DNA from: Octopus sinensis
Lineage: Eukaryota
NCBI RefSeq assembly: GCF_006345805.1
Contig: NC_043013.1
Span: 51,770,001-51,834,000, forward strand
DNA length: 64,000 bases
Direction: 5' to 3'
In this document: piece after piece, positions 23,593 to 35,215 of the stretch
Layout: every line of letters starts with the position of its first letter
Position numbering within the stretch: position 1 is the first letter of the stretch
Program-made: the position numbers and the translations under genes
The notes under the pieces: model-generated
The model's input: only the letters and a program-made list of their open reading frames with translations
The model's database searches: none
Told to the model about the DNA's origin: nothing

Positions 23593-24284
23593 GTAAGTTT
23601 CATTCCATTAAAACTATTATTACTTCTACTACTACTACTTACAACAGCAACAATAATAATAATAAGGGTTTCAAATTTGCACACAAAGCCAGCAATTATG
23701 AGGAGGGGGTAAGTTGATTATATTGACCCCAGTGTTTCACTGGTACTTAATTTTATCAACCCCAAAAGGATTAAAGGCAAAGTCAACCTTGGTGGAATTT
23801 GAACCTAGAACGTTAAGTCAGAAATACCGTTAAGCATGTCCCTTAGTGGCTGACAATATGTGCATCTCTGATTGTGAGCAGAAGTAGTGGGGAAGCATCA
23901 TAGCCATGTGATGAGAGGAATTCTTTGGAGTTTGAATAATTCACTTCTGGAAATGTGTTTTATTCATCATCTTTAAACAACCCTTATTCAGGGACCTTTT
24001 GAGTGAGATAGTCTACCTGACCTGAAGAAAATTCTAAATGAACCCCACCTGCAAGGTTATGTGCTGTTTATCTTGATATGAGATCACCCTGTCACGCACA
24101 TGTGGTTGTGATGCTTGTGCCTGATGTACCCTTATGAGACAGGTTGTAATGATGGGTATACTGGGCTTCATAAATTTATACCCCGGGGTCACTTTGATGG
24201 CAAGCGCTGCTCTCTAACTTAATAATGGTAAAGAAAATTCTATAATAATTGTGGAAGTGTTCTTACAGTAGTATACTTTTTAAA

Positions 24285-24800
24285 ATATCATTGAAAGTAA
24301 GACGAAAGTTATGACTTATCTTATAATATCGATGACGTTAAGAGGTGAAGATAAAATGAGAGATATGACCCAGTTTATAATATATTTTTTGTAATATCAT
24401 TGATTTAAACATGTGAAGAGAAGAAAAATATGACCCATCATATAGTTAAATATTTTAATATCATTGACTTAAACATTTAATATGAAAGTTATGACCCAAC
24501 TTGTAATATAGTTTTAGTTATATTATTGAAAATAAGACGAAAGATATTATCCATCTTATATTAATACATTTTAACAATAATATCATTGAAAGTAAGATGG
24601 AAGATATGATCCATCATACAATATATTTTTAGTAATAACATCATCTATATAAACATACAATGATATGATGAAAGATATGACACATCTTATAACAATAAAT
24701 TTTATTATAATATATCAATGATAATATATATTTTATAACAATATTTCTTATAACAATATCATTGACATAAGCATGTAATTATGAGAGATATATTTTATAT
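24285..24800. repeat. degenerate AT-rich minisatellite, ~60-75-bp unit
   Basis: recurrent aatatcattga..gaaagatatgacccatcttata. Confidence 0.7.
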
Positions 24801-24864
24801 ATATACATACATATATTCCAACCCATGCTAGTATGGAGAACGGACGTTAAACGATGATGATATG

Positions 24865-24903
<39 letters not shown>

Positions 24904-25088
24904 ATATCTTTTATACAGCAATATAGGCACAGCCGTGACTGTGTGGTAAGAAGCTTGCTTCCCAACAATACAGTTCCAGGTTCAGTCCCACGGCATGACA
25001 CCTTGGGCAACTGTCTTCTACTATAGCCTCGGGCTGACCAAAGCTTTGTGAATGGATTAAATGGATGGAAACTGAAAGAAGCCCATCA

Positions 25089-25123
<35 letters not shown>

Positions 25124-25128
<5 letters not shown>

Positions 25129-25469
25129 AAATGAGAAAATGGAGAAACATACTTAAATCAATCAATCATCAACCATCAGATAATACCCAATCAATACTTT
25201 ATTACACCATTACATAACAGCAATCACATTATACATAATATATTGCAAATATAACTAGACATGGAAATAGAAATATACGGCCGAAACAGCTGTCAGATAT
25301 GATATAATTGTATTTTATATTTCTATTTCCATGTCTAGTTATATTTGCAATATATTATGTATAATGTGATTGCTGTTATGTAATGGTGTAATAAAGTATT
25401 GATTGGGTATTATCTGATGGTTGATGATTGATTGATTTAGGTATGTTTCTCCATTTTCTCATTTTGTAT
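25124..25469. repeat. near-perfect inverted repeat, 154-bp arms (25124-25277 / 25316-25469), 38-nt spacer
   Basis: one mismatch found on reading both arms. Confidence 0.92.
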
Positions 25470-25633
25470 TATTAATTTACGGTAATAATTTTACCCATGC
25501 CCACATAATACAGTAAATGAATTAATTGCACAGCAATTTTTAACATTTATGTATTAGTCTTGTTGGGTACCTCTCTAGCAGTATATTGGATATATGTTAT
25601 CCCATTGAGGGTTGAATTTACCATCCCTATCTC

Positions 25634-25670
<37 letters not shown>

Positions 25671-25989
25671 CATGATATGTATGTGTGTGTGTATCTGTAT
25701 TTGTGTCTCCCCCCCATATTGCTTGACAACCAGTGTTGGTGTGTTTACATCCCTGTAACTTAGTGGTTTGGCAAAAGAGACCAATAGAATAAGTACTAGG
25801 CTTAAGAAATAAGTCCCGGGGTAGATTTGTTAAGCTAAAACTTTTCAAGGTATTGCTCCAGCATGGCCGTATTCAAGCGACTGAAAGAAATAAACGAATA
25901 AAAGAATATGTTATGTGATGAAAGATCTGACCTTTTTTTTTGTCGTGGTTGTTTTTTATATCTGTTTTGTTGTTGTTGTTGTATTTCAG

Positions 25990-26081
25990 TGTGATGAACA
26001 TTGGTATGCATTTGAATCCAACAACAAAGTGGCCTGTAAACATTTATGGAGATGCTGTGTGGAACACCACGCATTCTTTAG
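25990..26081 (+). CDS. EPB41L4A: FERM C-lobe exon, [30 protein letters not shown] (phase 0-2)
   Basis: atttcag acceptor, gtaagc donor, ACKHLWxCxVEHHxFF motif. Confidence 0.95.
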
Positions 26082-26344
26082 GTAAGCCATGATCTCCTGC
26101 AGACATTCTTCTGTGAATCCTAACAACATAACGACTTTCAAAGCCCTAAACATGGGAAGGTAACTAATGTCTGTACCAGAGCCCCACACCCAGAAGATAT
26201 AAACACCAACACACAACACAACACACATACACACACACACACACACATAAACACACACACACATGCATGCATGCATGCACATCTCTCACATAAAACTCAA
26301 CTGATTAAGATTCTCTGGAATTGGTAATCTATAAATCTAATACC

Positions 26345-26580
26345 TATTTCTTTACTACCCACAAAGGGCTAAACACAGAGAGGACAAACAAGGACAGACA
26401 CACGGATTAAGTCGATTATATCGACTCCAGTGCGTAACTGGTACTTATTTATTCGACCCCGAAAGGATGAAAGGCAAAGTCGACCTCGGCAGAATTTGAA
26501 CTCAGAACGTAGCGGCAGACGAAATACCGCTAAGCATTTCACCCGGCATGCTAACGATTCTGCCAGCTCGGTGCCTTCTG
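26345..26580 (-). mobile_element. full-length SINE family A with 13-bp TSD taaatctaatacc
   Basis: TSD at 26332-26344 and 26581-26593. Confidence 0.88.
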
Positions 26581-27610
26581 TAAATCTAATACCAATATTC
26601 TGTCACCACTACCATCAACTGGTTGAGAACCATGACTCATTTGTTTGAGACATATCATTGCCACTTTCTACTTAAAATCTTTAATATTCCACAGACTCCA
26701 AATCATCTTCTGGGGATGTTTGATTGAATTTCCATTGGTCTTCATCAAAATCTTCTCAGATTTCCAAAATCTCATCAGTTGTAACTAGACTATGTCTTTG
26801 TATTGTAAATAAACTCTGCCAGAAGTGTTTAGGTGTGGTGAAATTCATGGCTGGAAACAAAAATGGAGAAAATATAATCAAATCAACAAAGAAACCAGCG
26901 TAACACGAGAACAGACCCATTCCATGAATGTCCTGCAGACTGTAATTATTTCCATCTTTAAGAAAATGTCTCACTCCATAAGATGTTGAATTAATAAGCC
27001 ACAAGTTATGTCATACTGATGGTTTTTAAAAAGAATGAAATAGTGCTATATATGCTTACCAATGACTAGAAATTTTAACAATTTCATATTAAGTAAACAA
27101 AGACAAAAATAAATATATGAACTTTATACCCCTTTTCCTTTGTTATTCCTTAACTTCAATTTCAAATTTCTAATCCTGCTTTGAATTAAGGAAAAATTAT
27201 CTTCCTTGTAATAGCTGTGGTTGTTGGAGGGACCACATGGGATTTAATTTTAGTTTGATCAGCTTTTTAACATGGTGTTTGCCATATATTGGAAATTTAG
27301 CTCTGTGAAATTCCTGGTAAAGAAGGCCCAATAAGGTTAATATTTGTTTCTGTACACAAACATGAAGTTTGTCTAATATTTAGAAAAGGCAAAAATGCTA
27401 AAATTATACAAGACTTGAAGTAATTATAATTAATTTTCCTGGCTTCCTCATCTTCTTAACTTTTAAATTAATGCCATGTTTTTCCAAATTTTCACTTAGC
27501 TCCACACCTTACCAGAATGGCTAAATGGGTTGGTGGGTGGTGAAGGGGTTGTGAAATGTTGTGATGAAATGGTTAATTAATTCAATGTCTTGTCTTTCCA
27601 AATTGTACAG

Positions 27611-27726
27611 TGGAAGAACGGAACGTATGATGAAAGAAAACCAAAGATTCCGGGACCAACCAGAAGTGATCAGAGTTGCCAGTAAGAAGCATCAAAGACG
27701 GTCCCATTCCGACCCCAAAATTAGTG
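27611..27726 (+). CDS. EPB41L4A: FERM-adjacent exon, SGRTERMMKENQRFRDQPEVIRVASKKHQRRSHSDPKIS (phase 2-1)
   Basis: ttgtacag acceptor, gtaagt donor, SGRT motif of the FA region. Confidence 0.9.
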
Positions 27727-27812
27727 GTAAGTTCTTTTGAGTGCAGCAGAATATTTACTCTTATTTTGTATTGTTAACCTACAAATAGTGATAGTCATAT
27801 TGATAGATAGAT

Positions 27813-27843
<31 letters not shown>

Positions 27844-28579
27844 CAGATGGAGAGTGAGAGAGATCACTGGTCTCAATAAATTCGGTTTCAAATTTTGGCA
27901 CAAGTTCGGGGGAGGGGCTAAGTCAATTAAATCCTCCCCAGTGTTTAACTGGTACTTTATTTTATCGACCTTCAAAGAATGAAAGGCAAAGTGGACCTTG
28001 GCAGAATTTGAACTCAGAACATATGGACAGACAAAATGACTGGTCTCAATATATTTGGCCAACATCTCATTGATGGGTCAACTTTACTGTTCTTCCATCT
28101 TGGAGTTAAAAGCTGATATAAACTGCAACATTTATTCGTACCTGTCCACCAACTAAATTTGACCAAATTCATGCATATATATATATGTATACATGGGTGT
28201 GTATATACATATGTATATATACATATTTATATATATATATATATATTTAAATATAAATCTTGAGGCTCTTTTATGACCATCACAAGATGCCAAGACAAGA
28301 GTTTACACACACACACACACACACACATACCTAATTATATGATGGGCTTCTTTCAGTTCCCGTCTGTCAAAGGCTTTGATGGACTCAAAGCTATATTACG
28401 AAACATTTTCCCAAGGTGCCATGTAGTGGGACAGAACCTGAAACCACATGGTTGGGAAGCCAGCATATTAATCACACGGCCACACCTACACCTATAAAAC
28501 ACATAAAATCTCCATTATTGAAATTCTACTAAAATTTGTGCATTTCTTATTCTCTTTTCTTTTTTTTTTTTCTTTCCAG

Positions 28580-28649
28580 TTAGTTGCTATGGTGATCAAG
28601 TTGCAAAACTGCCTCTATCCACCACGATTAGTCCTGAAGCTATTAGAAT
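28580..28649 (+). CDS. EPB41L4A: exon, VSCYGDQVAKLPLSTTISPEAIR-M (phase 1-2)
   Basis: long poly-T tract plus ttccag, gtacgt donor; the only candidate I found that bridges phase 1 (27726) to phase 2 (29879). Confidence 0.75.
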
Positions 28650-29878
28650 GTACGTATTTTATGTTGCTGTTGTTATTGTTGTTGTTAGCCATTATGTGTC
28701 AGGCCTGTTTGAACCTTAATTATAACCATTATCATTTTATGTTTGCTTTCCATGCTGGCATGGATCAGATGGATTGTCACAGTCCGATTCGGAGCTTATT
28801 CCTCCTTGAGATATCAGAAACTATGCTTTGCTCATATATTCCATTTTGGGGTCTGGTTTGTATGGCTTTTCTTAATGCCAGCCACATTACAGAGTATAGG
28901 GAGAGCAGTTAATCAAAGCACCAGCACTAGAAGGGTTTTCTTGTCCTCAGCTATCCTAATGAGTCCCCTTAATTCATCGATGGTATGGCTATATTAATGA
29001 GATGAGACAAGTGTTTGAGTTTGTGTTGACCTTCTCAGAAAATGAATCACTTGTGATTAGTGATCAATGATAATTTTGCGATGATAGCATCCTGATAAAA
29101 TGGGAAATATCTGATTGGCTAAACAGACAACACTAATCTATTAAAATTCTGTTAAAAAGTACGTGATTTTGTATATATATATCATTTTTAAAAATGGAAT
29201 TCAGAGTAAATAAAGCTATAGATAATAGCAACTGGGGCCTTCAATATTTTCTATCCAAAAGAGTTTCTTTAACTCAATATTTACATGGTATTATTTATAG
29301 CTTTATCTTCTTTAAGTTGTACTGTCAAAAACAAATTATTTCATGTTCTCTCAAAGTTTCTAAATTATAACATAGACAACACACACGTGTTTATATATAT
29401 ATATAAGTAAATATGCTAGTTCTAGAATCTCTCTAAGAGGTCAGCACAGTAGTTGTACTGACAAGTAATGTTCGTACCCACTTTAACATGGCTGTCCATT
29501 CGAGTGGACTCTACTGTAATCTTTTAACCCCGAGAGGACATCTCCTCCAGCTGGTTAACAATGCACAGCTGCATCGAATAAATTGCGAGCAGGGGAGCGA
29601 ATCCCTACCGCCTTCTAGCAACGGGACCAGCATATATATATACACACATACATGCAGATGTGTATACATACATACATACAGATATATATGTGTGTGTGTG
29701 TATGTACATGCACACACACACACACACATACATAACAAACTATGTTTACTGTCTCTCTAATCCCTATTAAACCATATCCACTATTAACCATTTACCCAAC
29801 AGACTCTATTCACTATTTCCCATTATGTTTATTCTATCCACACACCACTGTAACAACCACTTACCTTGTACTTTCCAG

Positions 29879-29965
29879 GCCACGTCTAAGGAGTTTACCA
29901 GAACTCCCTGGTAAAGACTCACCACGAAGTACCAGATCGTATCCTTGGGAATCAAGTTCTGCTGG
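29879..29965 (+). CDS. EPB41L4A: exon, PRLRSLPELPGKDSPRSTRSYPWESSSA-G (phase 2-2)
   Basis: ctttccag acceptor, gtaagt donor, resembles human RSKSHAPWE. Confidence 0.85.
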
Positions 29966-30146
29966 GTAAGTCTCGCCTCACATTAGTCTTAATTCCTTAA
30001 AAGGAATTCTTTTTACCATTGATGTCTCTTACCCTTTTGCTGTTATTGTCGCGGGGGAACAGTCATAGTTCTATATTAGGGTTACTGGAAAATAGTGCTG
30101 CATTTCATATAATGAATTCAAATTAGCTTAAAATATATCATGAATA

Positions 30147-30535
30147 TAGGCGCAGGAATGGATGTGTGGTAAGTAGCTTGCTAACAACCACATGGTTCCG
30201 GGTTCAGTCCCACTGCATGGCATCTTGGGCAAGTGTCTTCTGCTATAGCCCCGGGCCGACCAATGCCTTGTGAGTGGATTTGGTAGACGGAAACTGAAAG
30301 AAGCCTGTTGTATATATGTGTATGTATGTGTGTGTGTGTGTGTTTGTCCCCCTAGCATTGCTTGACAACCGATGCTGGTGTGTTTACGTCCCCGTCACTT
30401 AGCGGTTTGGCAAAAGAGACCGATAGAATAAGTACTGGGCTTACAAAGAATAAGTCCCAGGGTCGATTTGCTCGACTGAAGGCGGTGCTCCGGCATGGCC
30501 GCAGTCAAATGACTGAAACAAGTAAAAGAGAGTAA
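30147..30535 (+). mobile_element. full-length SINE family B
   Basis: close to consensus. Confidence 0.88.
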
Positions 30536-30739
30536 AGAGTATTCATTCAAATTATAATCGCCATCGTTAGCAATAATATTTTCTCACCTAGAAACCAGTT
30601 TTCTGATTTCTTGGGAAAAAAAAACAAAACAAAAAATCAGAGCTTCCAAGCCTAATGAATTTATCTTTTCTTGGGTTATCTTTATTGAATGTGATCTTGC
30701 ATAATTGCAAAGAACCCACTTCCCTTCTCTGTTCACTTT

Positions 30740-31035
30740 GCCTATTTGCTTGAGATGGACCAAGCTTTAGTAATAAACCTCCAGGACTGGTCCCCAATAC
30801 TTAAATGCAAATCCACTTCAGTTTCAGTTTTCACTATGTCATTATTGAGAACATTTTGTGTTCCTGACCGGTAACCATCGAAAAGATTGAAGTCACCATT
30901 TTTCAATTTGTGAAACTGTCTTCCACATTTCCAAACTTTCACACCATCCGGATATACAGTACAAATGTTTTTCCTTGTATGAGTTGTATTGGTGCCTTTT
31001 ACTAAATTCATAAAGCATGCAATGTTGAATTTTCA
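30740..31035 (-). pseudogene. mariner transposase N-terminal HTH relic
   Basis: minus strand IQHCMLYEFSK/GTNTTHTRKNICTVY...FHKLKNGDFNLFDGYRSGTQNVLNNDIVK resembles the mariner HTH pattern HCMLYEF..G.N..ICxVY..F.NGDF.L.D..RSGRP; one frameshift. Confidence 0.7.
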
Positions 31036-31039
31036 GCAC

Positions 31040-31277
31040 AGACATCACAGCCAAGCCACAGTAGTTTCACATGATTGGCTGATTAACTGACCAATCAGTG
31101 TCAAGCTATCACAGTTTGACTTTCTAGAACTATCTCACTGGGCACCTATATAAAGTTGGTTTGGCCATATTCCCAGAATGTTGAGACAGCCAATCAATGT
31201 CTCCATTCTCATTGCATCGCCAGCCATTGACAGATGGACACAAATTTTTTCTCCATGAATATTTACCACGGATATAA
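31040..31277 (+). repeat. 238-bp direct repeat copy 1 (copy 2 at 32920-33158), CCAAT- and TATA-containing
   Basis: about 7 substitutions and 1 indel between the copies. Confidence 0.9.
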
Positions 31278-32190
31278 AGTCCTTGTCTTCCATGGGCCAT
31301 CAGATATGTTTCTTTATTAGCCACACAGGGCTGAACACAGACAGGACAGATTACAAAGTAGAGCTTTTCTTTTAGGGGAGAAAAAAAAAGGTGGGGTAGG
31401 TTTTCGATCAAAAGGGATCGTAAAAAGGAAAGAGAAAAAAAAATGATCAATAGGAATCGTGTATCACAGAAATGTCATGATGTAAAGTGTAAAGGGGGAA
31501 ACAGAAAGTTTATCTGTAGAAAGAAAAGCCTACAGAAAAGACCACAGTAACCTTGATCAATAATATCACATGTTAACACTCTGTTTTAAATTTTTCCGAG
31601 TTCATAGGATTATGCTCAAGGTGGCTTCGTCATTCATACGTGCCATCCTTGCTACATTCACCCATCTTTTTTTGAAACATTCGCTAGACAAAACTTGCCT
31701 CTCTATTCTCACTTTCCTTTTGAAGATAGACCATATCTTGGTCATGGCATTATTAAAATAGAACTTTATCTTGTTACCATGGTAACAGAACGACATGGCT
31801 CTACCACTTGATTCAAGAATGAGGATCCACTTCTTTGATCACAACTGAACTATGATCAAAGGGGTTCCAGCAATGACCATCCTGTCTTTTCTTCCCACTT
31901 CCCTTGCGGGCAGACGGCAAGTTGATTACATCAACCCCGATACTTGACTAGTACTTAATAATAATGAGGAGGAGAATGAGGATTTCTAACATAAGCACAA
32001 GTCCTCATTGCTATTTGGTCATTAACTCTTTTCTGATTGGTTGATTGCAAGAACACCTTGGGAGGGTGGGGTAGAGCTTCCAAGCCTACTGAATTTATCT
32101 TTTCTTGGGTTATCTTTCCCGAATGAGGGTCTTACATAATCATGAAGTACCCACTTCACCTCTCTTGTAATTTATGGTATAATGTCTAAC

Positions 32191-32429
32191 TACAGTCATA
32201 ACCAAAAGTTTGGAACATAGGTCTGAAAATTAGAATTTTTGTATTAAATGCCCAAAGTTATATTTAATTTGCAATATATTATTACCTGGCCAAAAGATAT
32301 TGAGCCATTGGATCAATTATAAGGTAATTATATCTCTACATTGTACATATTTTAATTGAACCCTAACCCTAATTGGGCACAACAATTTTAATTTTTACAA
32401 AAAGGTTCCAAACTTTTGGCTCATGCATG
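32191..32429. mobile_element. Tc1-like MITE
   Basis: TIRs ta-cagtcataaccaaaagtttggaac / gttccaaacttttggctcatg. Confidence 0.6.
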
Positions 32430-32441
32430 GGTCATATCATC

Positions 32442-32472
<31 letters not shown>

Positions 32473-32487
32473 TATTTTCTCATGCAG

Positions 32488-32604
32488 GGGTCTTTACACA
32501 TCTGGAAAGGATTCACCAATGTCTACAAAGAGTGACAAACTAAAGTTTCAGGTACAGCGCCGTGCTATGTCAGGCAGTGACAGCGAACAGAACTATAAGA
32601 AACG
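32488..32604 (+). CDS. EPB41L4A: exon, GLYTSGKDSPMSTKSDKLKFQVQRRAMSGSDSEQNYKK-R (phase 2-2)
   Basis: catgcag acceptor, gtaaat donor, resembles human GLYNSPS..TKSPKF..RR..GSD. Confidence 0.85.
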
Positions 32605-32919
32605 GTAAATATTCAGTGTTTGTTTTATGGTTTCTTCTCTAGAATCTTCTGAATTCTTCTACATTATTTGTCAAGTATTTTTTCACACCTTTTATCATTT
32701 ACTTGTTTCACTCATTTGTCTGTGGCCATGCTGGAGCACAGTCTTGACCAGTTTAGCCAAGCAAATCAATCTAGGACTTACATTGTTTTTTTAAAGTTTG
32801 GGACTTATTCTATTGGTCTCTTTTGCCAAACCACTAAGTTATGGGATATAAACAAACTAACACTGGTTTTCAAGTAGTGGAGGGGGCAATAACAAATAAT
32901 AATCACCAGGCGGCTGAGT

Positions 32920-33158
32920 AGACATCACAGCCAAGCCACAGTAGTTTCACATGATCGGCTGATTAACTGACCAATCAGTGTCAAGCTATCACAATTTGAC
33001 TTTCTAGAACTATCTCACTGGGCACCTATATAAAGGTGGTTTTGGCCATATTCCCAGAATGTTGTGACAGCCATTCAATGTTTCCATTCTCATTGCATCG
33101 CCAGCCATTGACAGATGGACACAAATTTTGTCTCCATGAATATTTACCACGGATATAA
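32920..33158 (+). repeat. direct repeat copy 2 of 31040-31277
   Basis: direct comparison. Confidence 0.9.
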
Positions 33159-33366
33159 CACAATTATTTTCCAGTTGTAATGGACCAGCCACAGATTACT
33201 TATATACCAGTTAAATTGTCATAGATTGCAGTAGTGTGTCAAAATTAACACAAAATAAACACTATATAATGTTATCACCAGCTATTGACTGTGATAGAGA
33301 AAATTTCTCACTGTAGACAAATAGTGTAAAAACACCAAAATCAGCTCACAGCGCCACCTACCCAGA

Positions 33367-33414
33367 CTGTGAGATGCAAGCATTTCGTCGTGGTTATCAC
33401 CTCTTCAGTCACAG
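33367..33414 (-). ncRNA. type I hammerhead ribozyme motif, complete, antisense to the host gene
   Basis: minus strand CUGUGA-CUGAAGA-GGUGAUAACCACGAC-GAAA-UGCUUGCA-UC/UCACAG: perfect 6-bp stem I, intact core, AUC triplet. Confidence 0.72.
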
Positions 33415-33708
33415 AAACTGGACAGGGTGCACTGCAGGTTGATATGAGAGATTGTCTCTCTCTTATGTTATTCCTGTCATCATACAGTTGCTGGTAGCAA
33501 TCAGTGACTCACCAAAATCAAATTACTTGAACCGGATGTGTGTGTACATAGTACCAGATAGGATTAGATCTAGGAACCTTTTGGTTTGAAACAAGGGACA
33601 GTGGATCTCTACATCTACAACCTGGTCATTGATCCTACACTGTATCTCTCAGTGGTCAGTTGTTGATCATTTATTACAGACTGTTGTGTCCATCCCTGAA
33701 CTGGTCAC

Positions 33709-33932
33709 TTAACCCTTTCGTTAGCAACCTGGCTGAAACCGGCTCTGGCTCTGAGTACAAATGTCTATTTTCATAAATTTTGAATTAATATCTTCCACCA
33801 AACCTTAGTCACAATTTATGTTCCTAACACTAGCTTAATGATAACTAAGTTATTTTACTAAATTCTTTACTTTTAAAGTAATTGAAAAAACCCCAGAGTA
33901 TCTCAAAATAAATACAGTAACAAAAGGGTAAA
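33709..33932. mobile_element. piggyBac-type MITE, inverted relative to 404-633
   Basis: ttaaccctttcg.. start, ..aacaaaagggt end, shared internal blocks. Confidence 0.65.
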
Positions 33933-34124
33933 ACTTCTCTGCAACGGTTAGTGGTCATTTGTTGGTCAGTTTATTACAGGCTGTGGTGTCCTGGTCAATG
34001 ATACTTCACCATCTCTGTTAATGGTCAGTTCTTTGGTGTCAGCATCTTGCCTTCCCTGCATTTTTACCTTCCCTACATCCCCCACTATATTAACCCTCTG
34101 TATTATCATTCCTCTTCCCTTCAG

Positions 34125-34190
34125 GTACACATCGAATAAAAAAGGATCTGACAATGAAAGTGAAAAGTCCGGTACAACAAGACGGCACAG
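34125..34190 (+). CDS. EPB41L4A: exon, YTSNKKGSDNESEKSGTTRRH-R (phase 2-2)
   Basis: cttcccttcag acceptor, gtagag donor, open in the required phase. Confidence 0.75.
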
Positions 34191-34572
34191 GTAGAGTATT
34201 CCTTGGAACAGTTCTTAATCTCTGGAACAGTTGTGGGGCGTCTGGGTGTCTCTGGGTATTTATTGTGGGGCAGAAGATTTCTTTTGAGCAGAGCATCAAC
34301 TTCTTTGGTATTCAAATGCAGTTGGTTCTCAAAACTCTCTCTCTCTTGCAGAGGAAATCTATATACAAGTGTCTGTGTGTGTATTATACAAATTATCAGT
34401 TATTTTATCACCATTTTCCAATTCCTTCCTTTCATAAGTTGGACAAAGCTGTGCAAGTTGTTTCATGGTTCTTCATTATTTGGTTACACACAACAACAAA
34501 GAGCATCACCACCACTCTTTGAGGCTTTGTACGTCTACTATATGTACGTATGTGTGTATATAGTGTGTTTGC

Positions 34573-34607
<35 letters not shown>

Positions 34608-34624
34608 GATATATATTTATACTC

Positions 34625-35215
34625 TATTACTTGTTTCAGTCATTTGACTGTGGCCTTGCTGGAGCACTGCCTTTAGTCGAGCAAATCGACCCCGGGACTT
34701 ATTCTTTGTAAGCCTAGTACTTATTCTATCAGTCTCTTTTGCTAAATCGCTAAGTTACAGGGACGTAAACACACCAGCATCGGTTGTCAAGTGATGTTGG
34801 GTGTACAAACACAGACACACAAACATACACATACATATATACATATATACGATGGTTTTCGTCTACCAAATCCACTCACAAGGCTGTGGTCGGCCCGAGG
34901 CTATAGTAGAAGACACTTGCCCAAGGTGCCATGCAGTGGGACTGAAACCAGAACTATGCGGATGGTAAACAAGCTACTTACCACACAGCCACTCCTGCGC
35001 CTATACATACATACATATATATATATATATAATATATATATATACATATATACGACAGGCTTCTTTCAGTTTCCGTCTACCAAATCCACTCACAAGACTT
35101 TGGTCAGCCCGAGGCTATAGTAGAAGACACTTACCCAAGGTGCCATGCAGTGGGACTGAAACCAGAACTATGTGGTTCGTAAGCAAGCTACTTACCACAC
35201 AGCCACTCCTACGCC
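34625..35215 (-). mobile_element. two tandem SINE family B copies
   Basis: reverse complement of the family B consensus, head repeated. Confidence 0.82.

Noticed and set aside
23025-23684. 219-aa minus and 115-aa plus His- or Val/Met-rich ORFs
   Set aside because: Trinucleotide low-complexity tract; the only real coding part is exon 23529-23592 in another context.
24285-24800. Regularly spaced repeats as a CRISPR-like array
   Set aside because: Eukaryotic context, degenerate units with no unique spacers; an ordinary minisatellite.
27301-27335. ctctgtgaaattcctggtaaagaaggcccaataag as the missing linker exon
   Set aside because: Its AG acceptor gives phase 0, incompatible with the phase 2 donor at 26081; the other frames hit stops.
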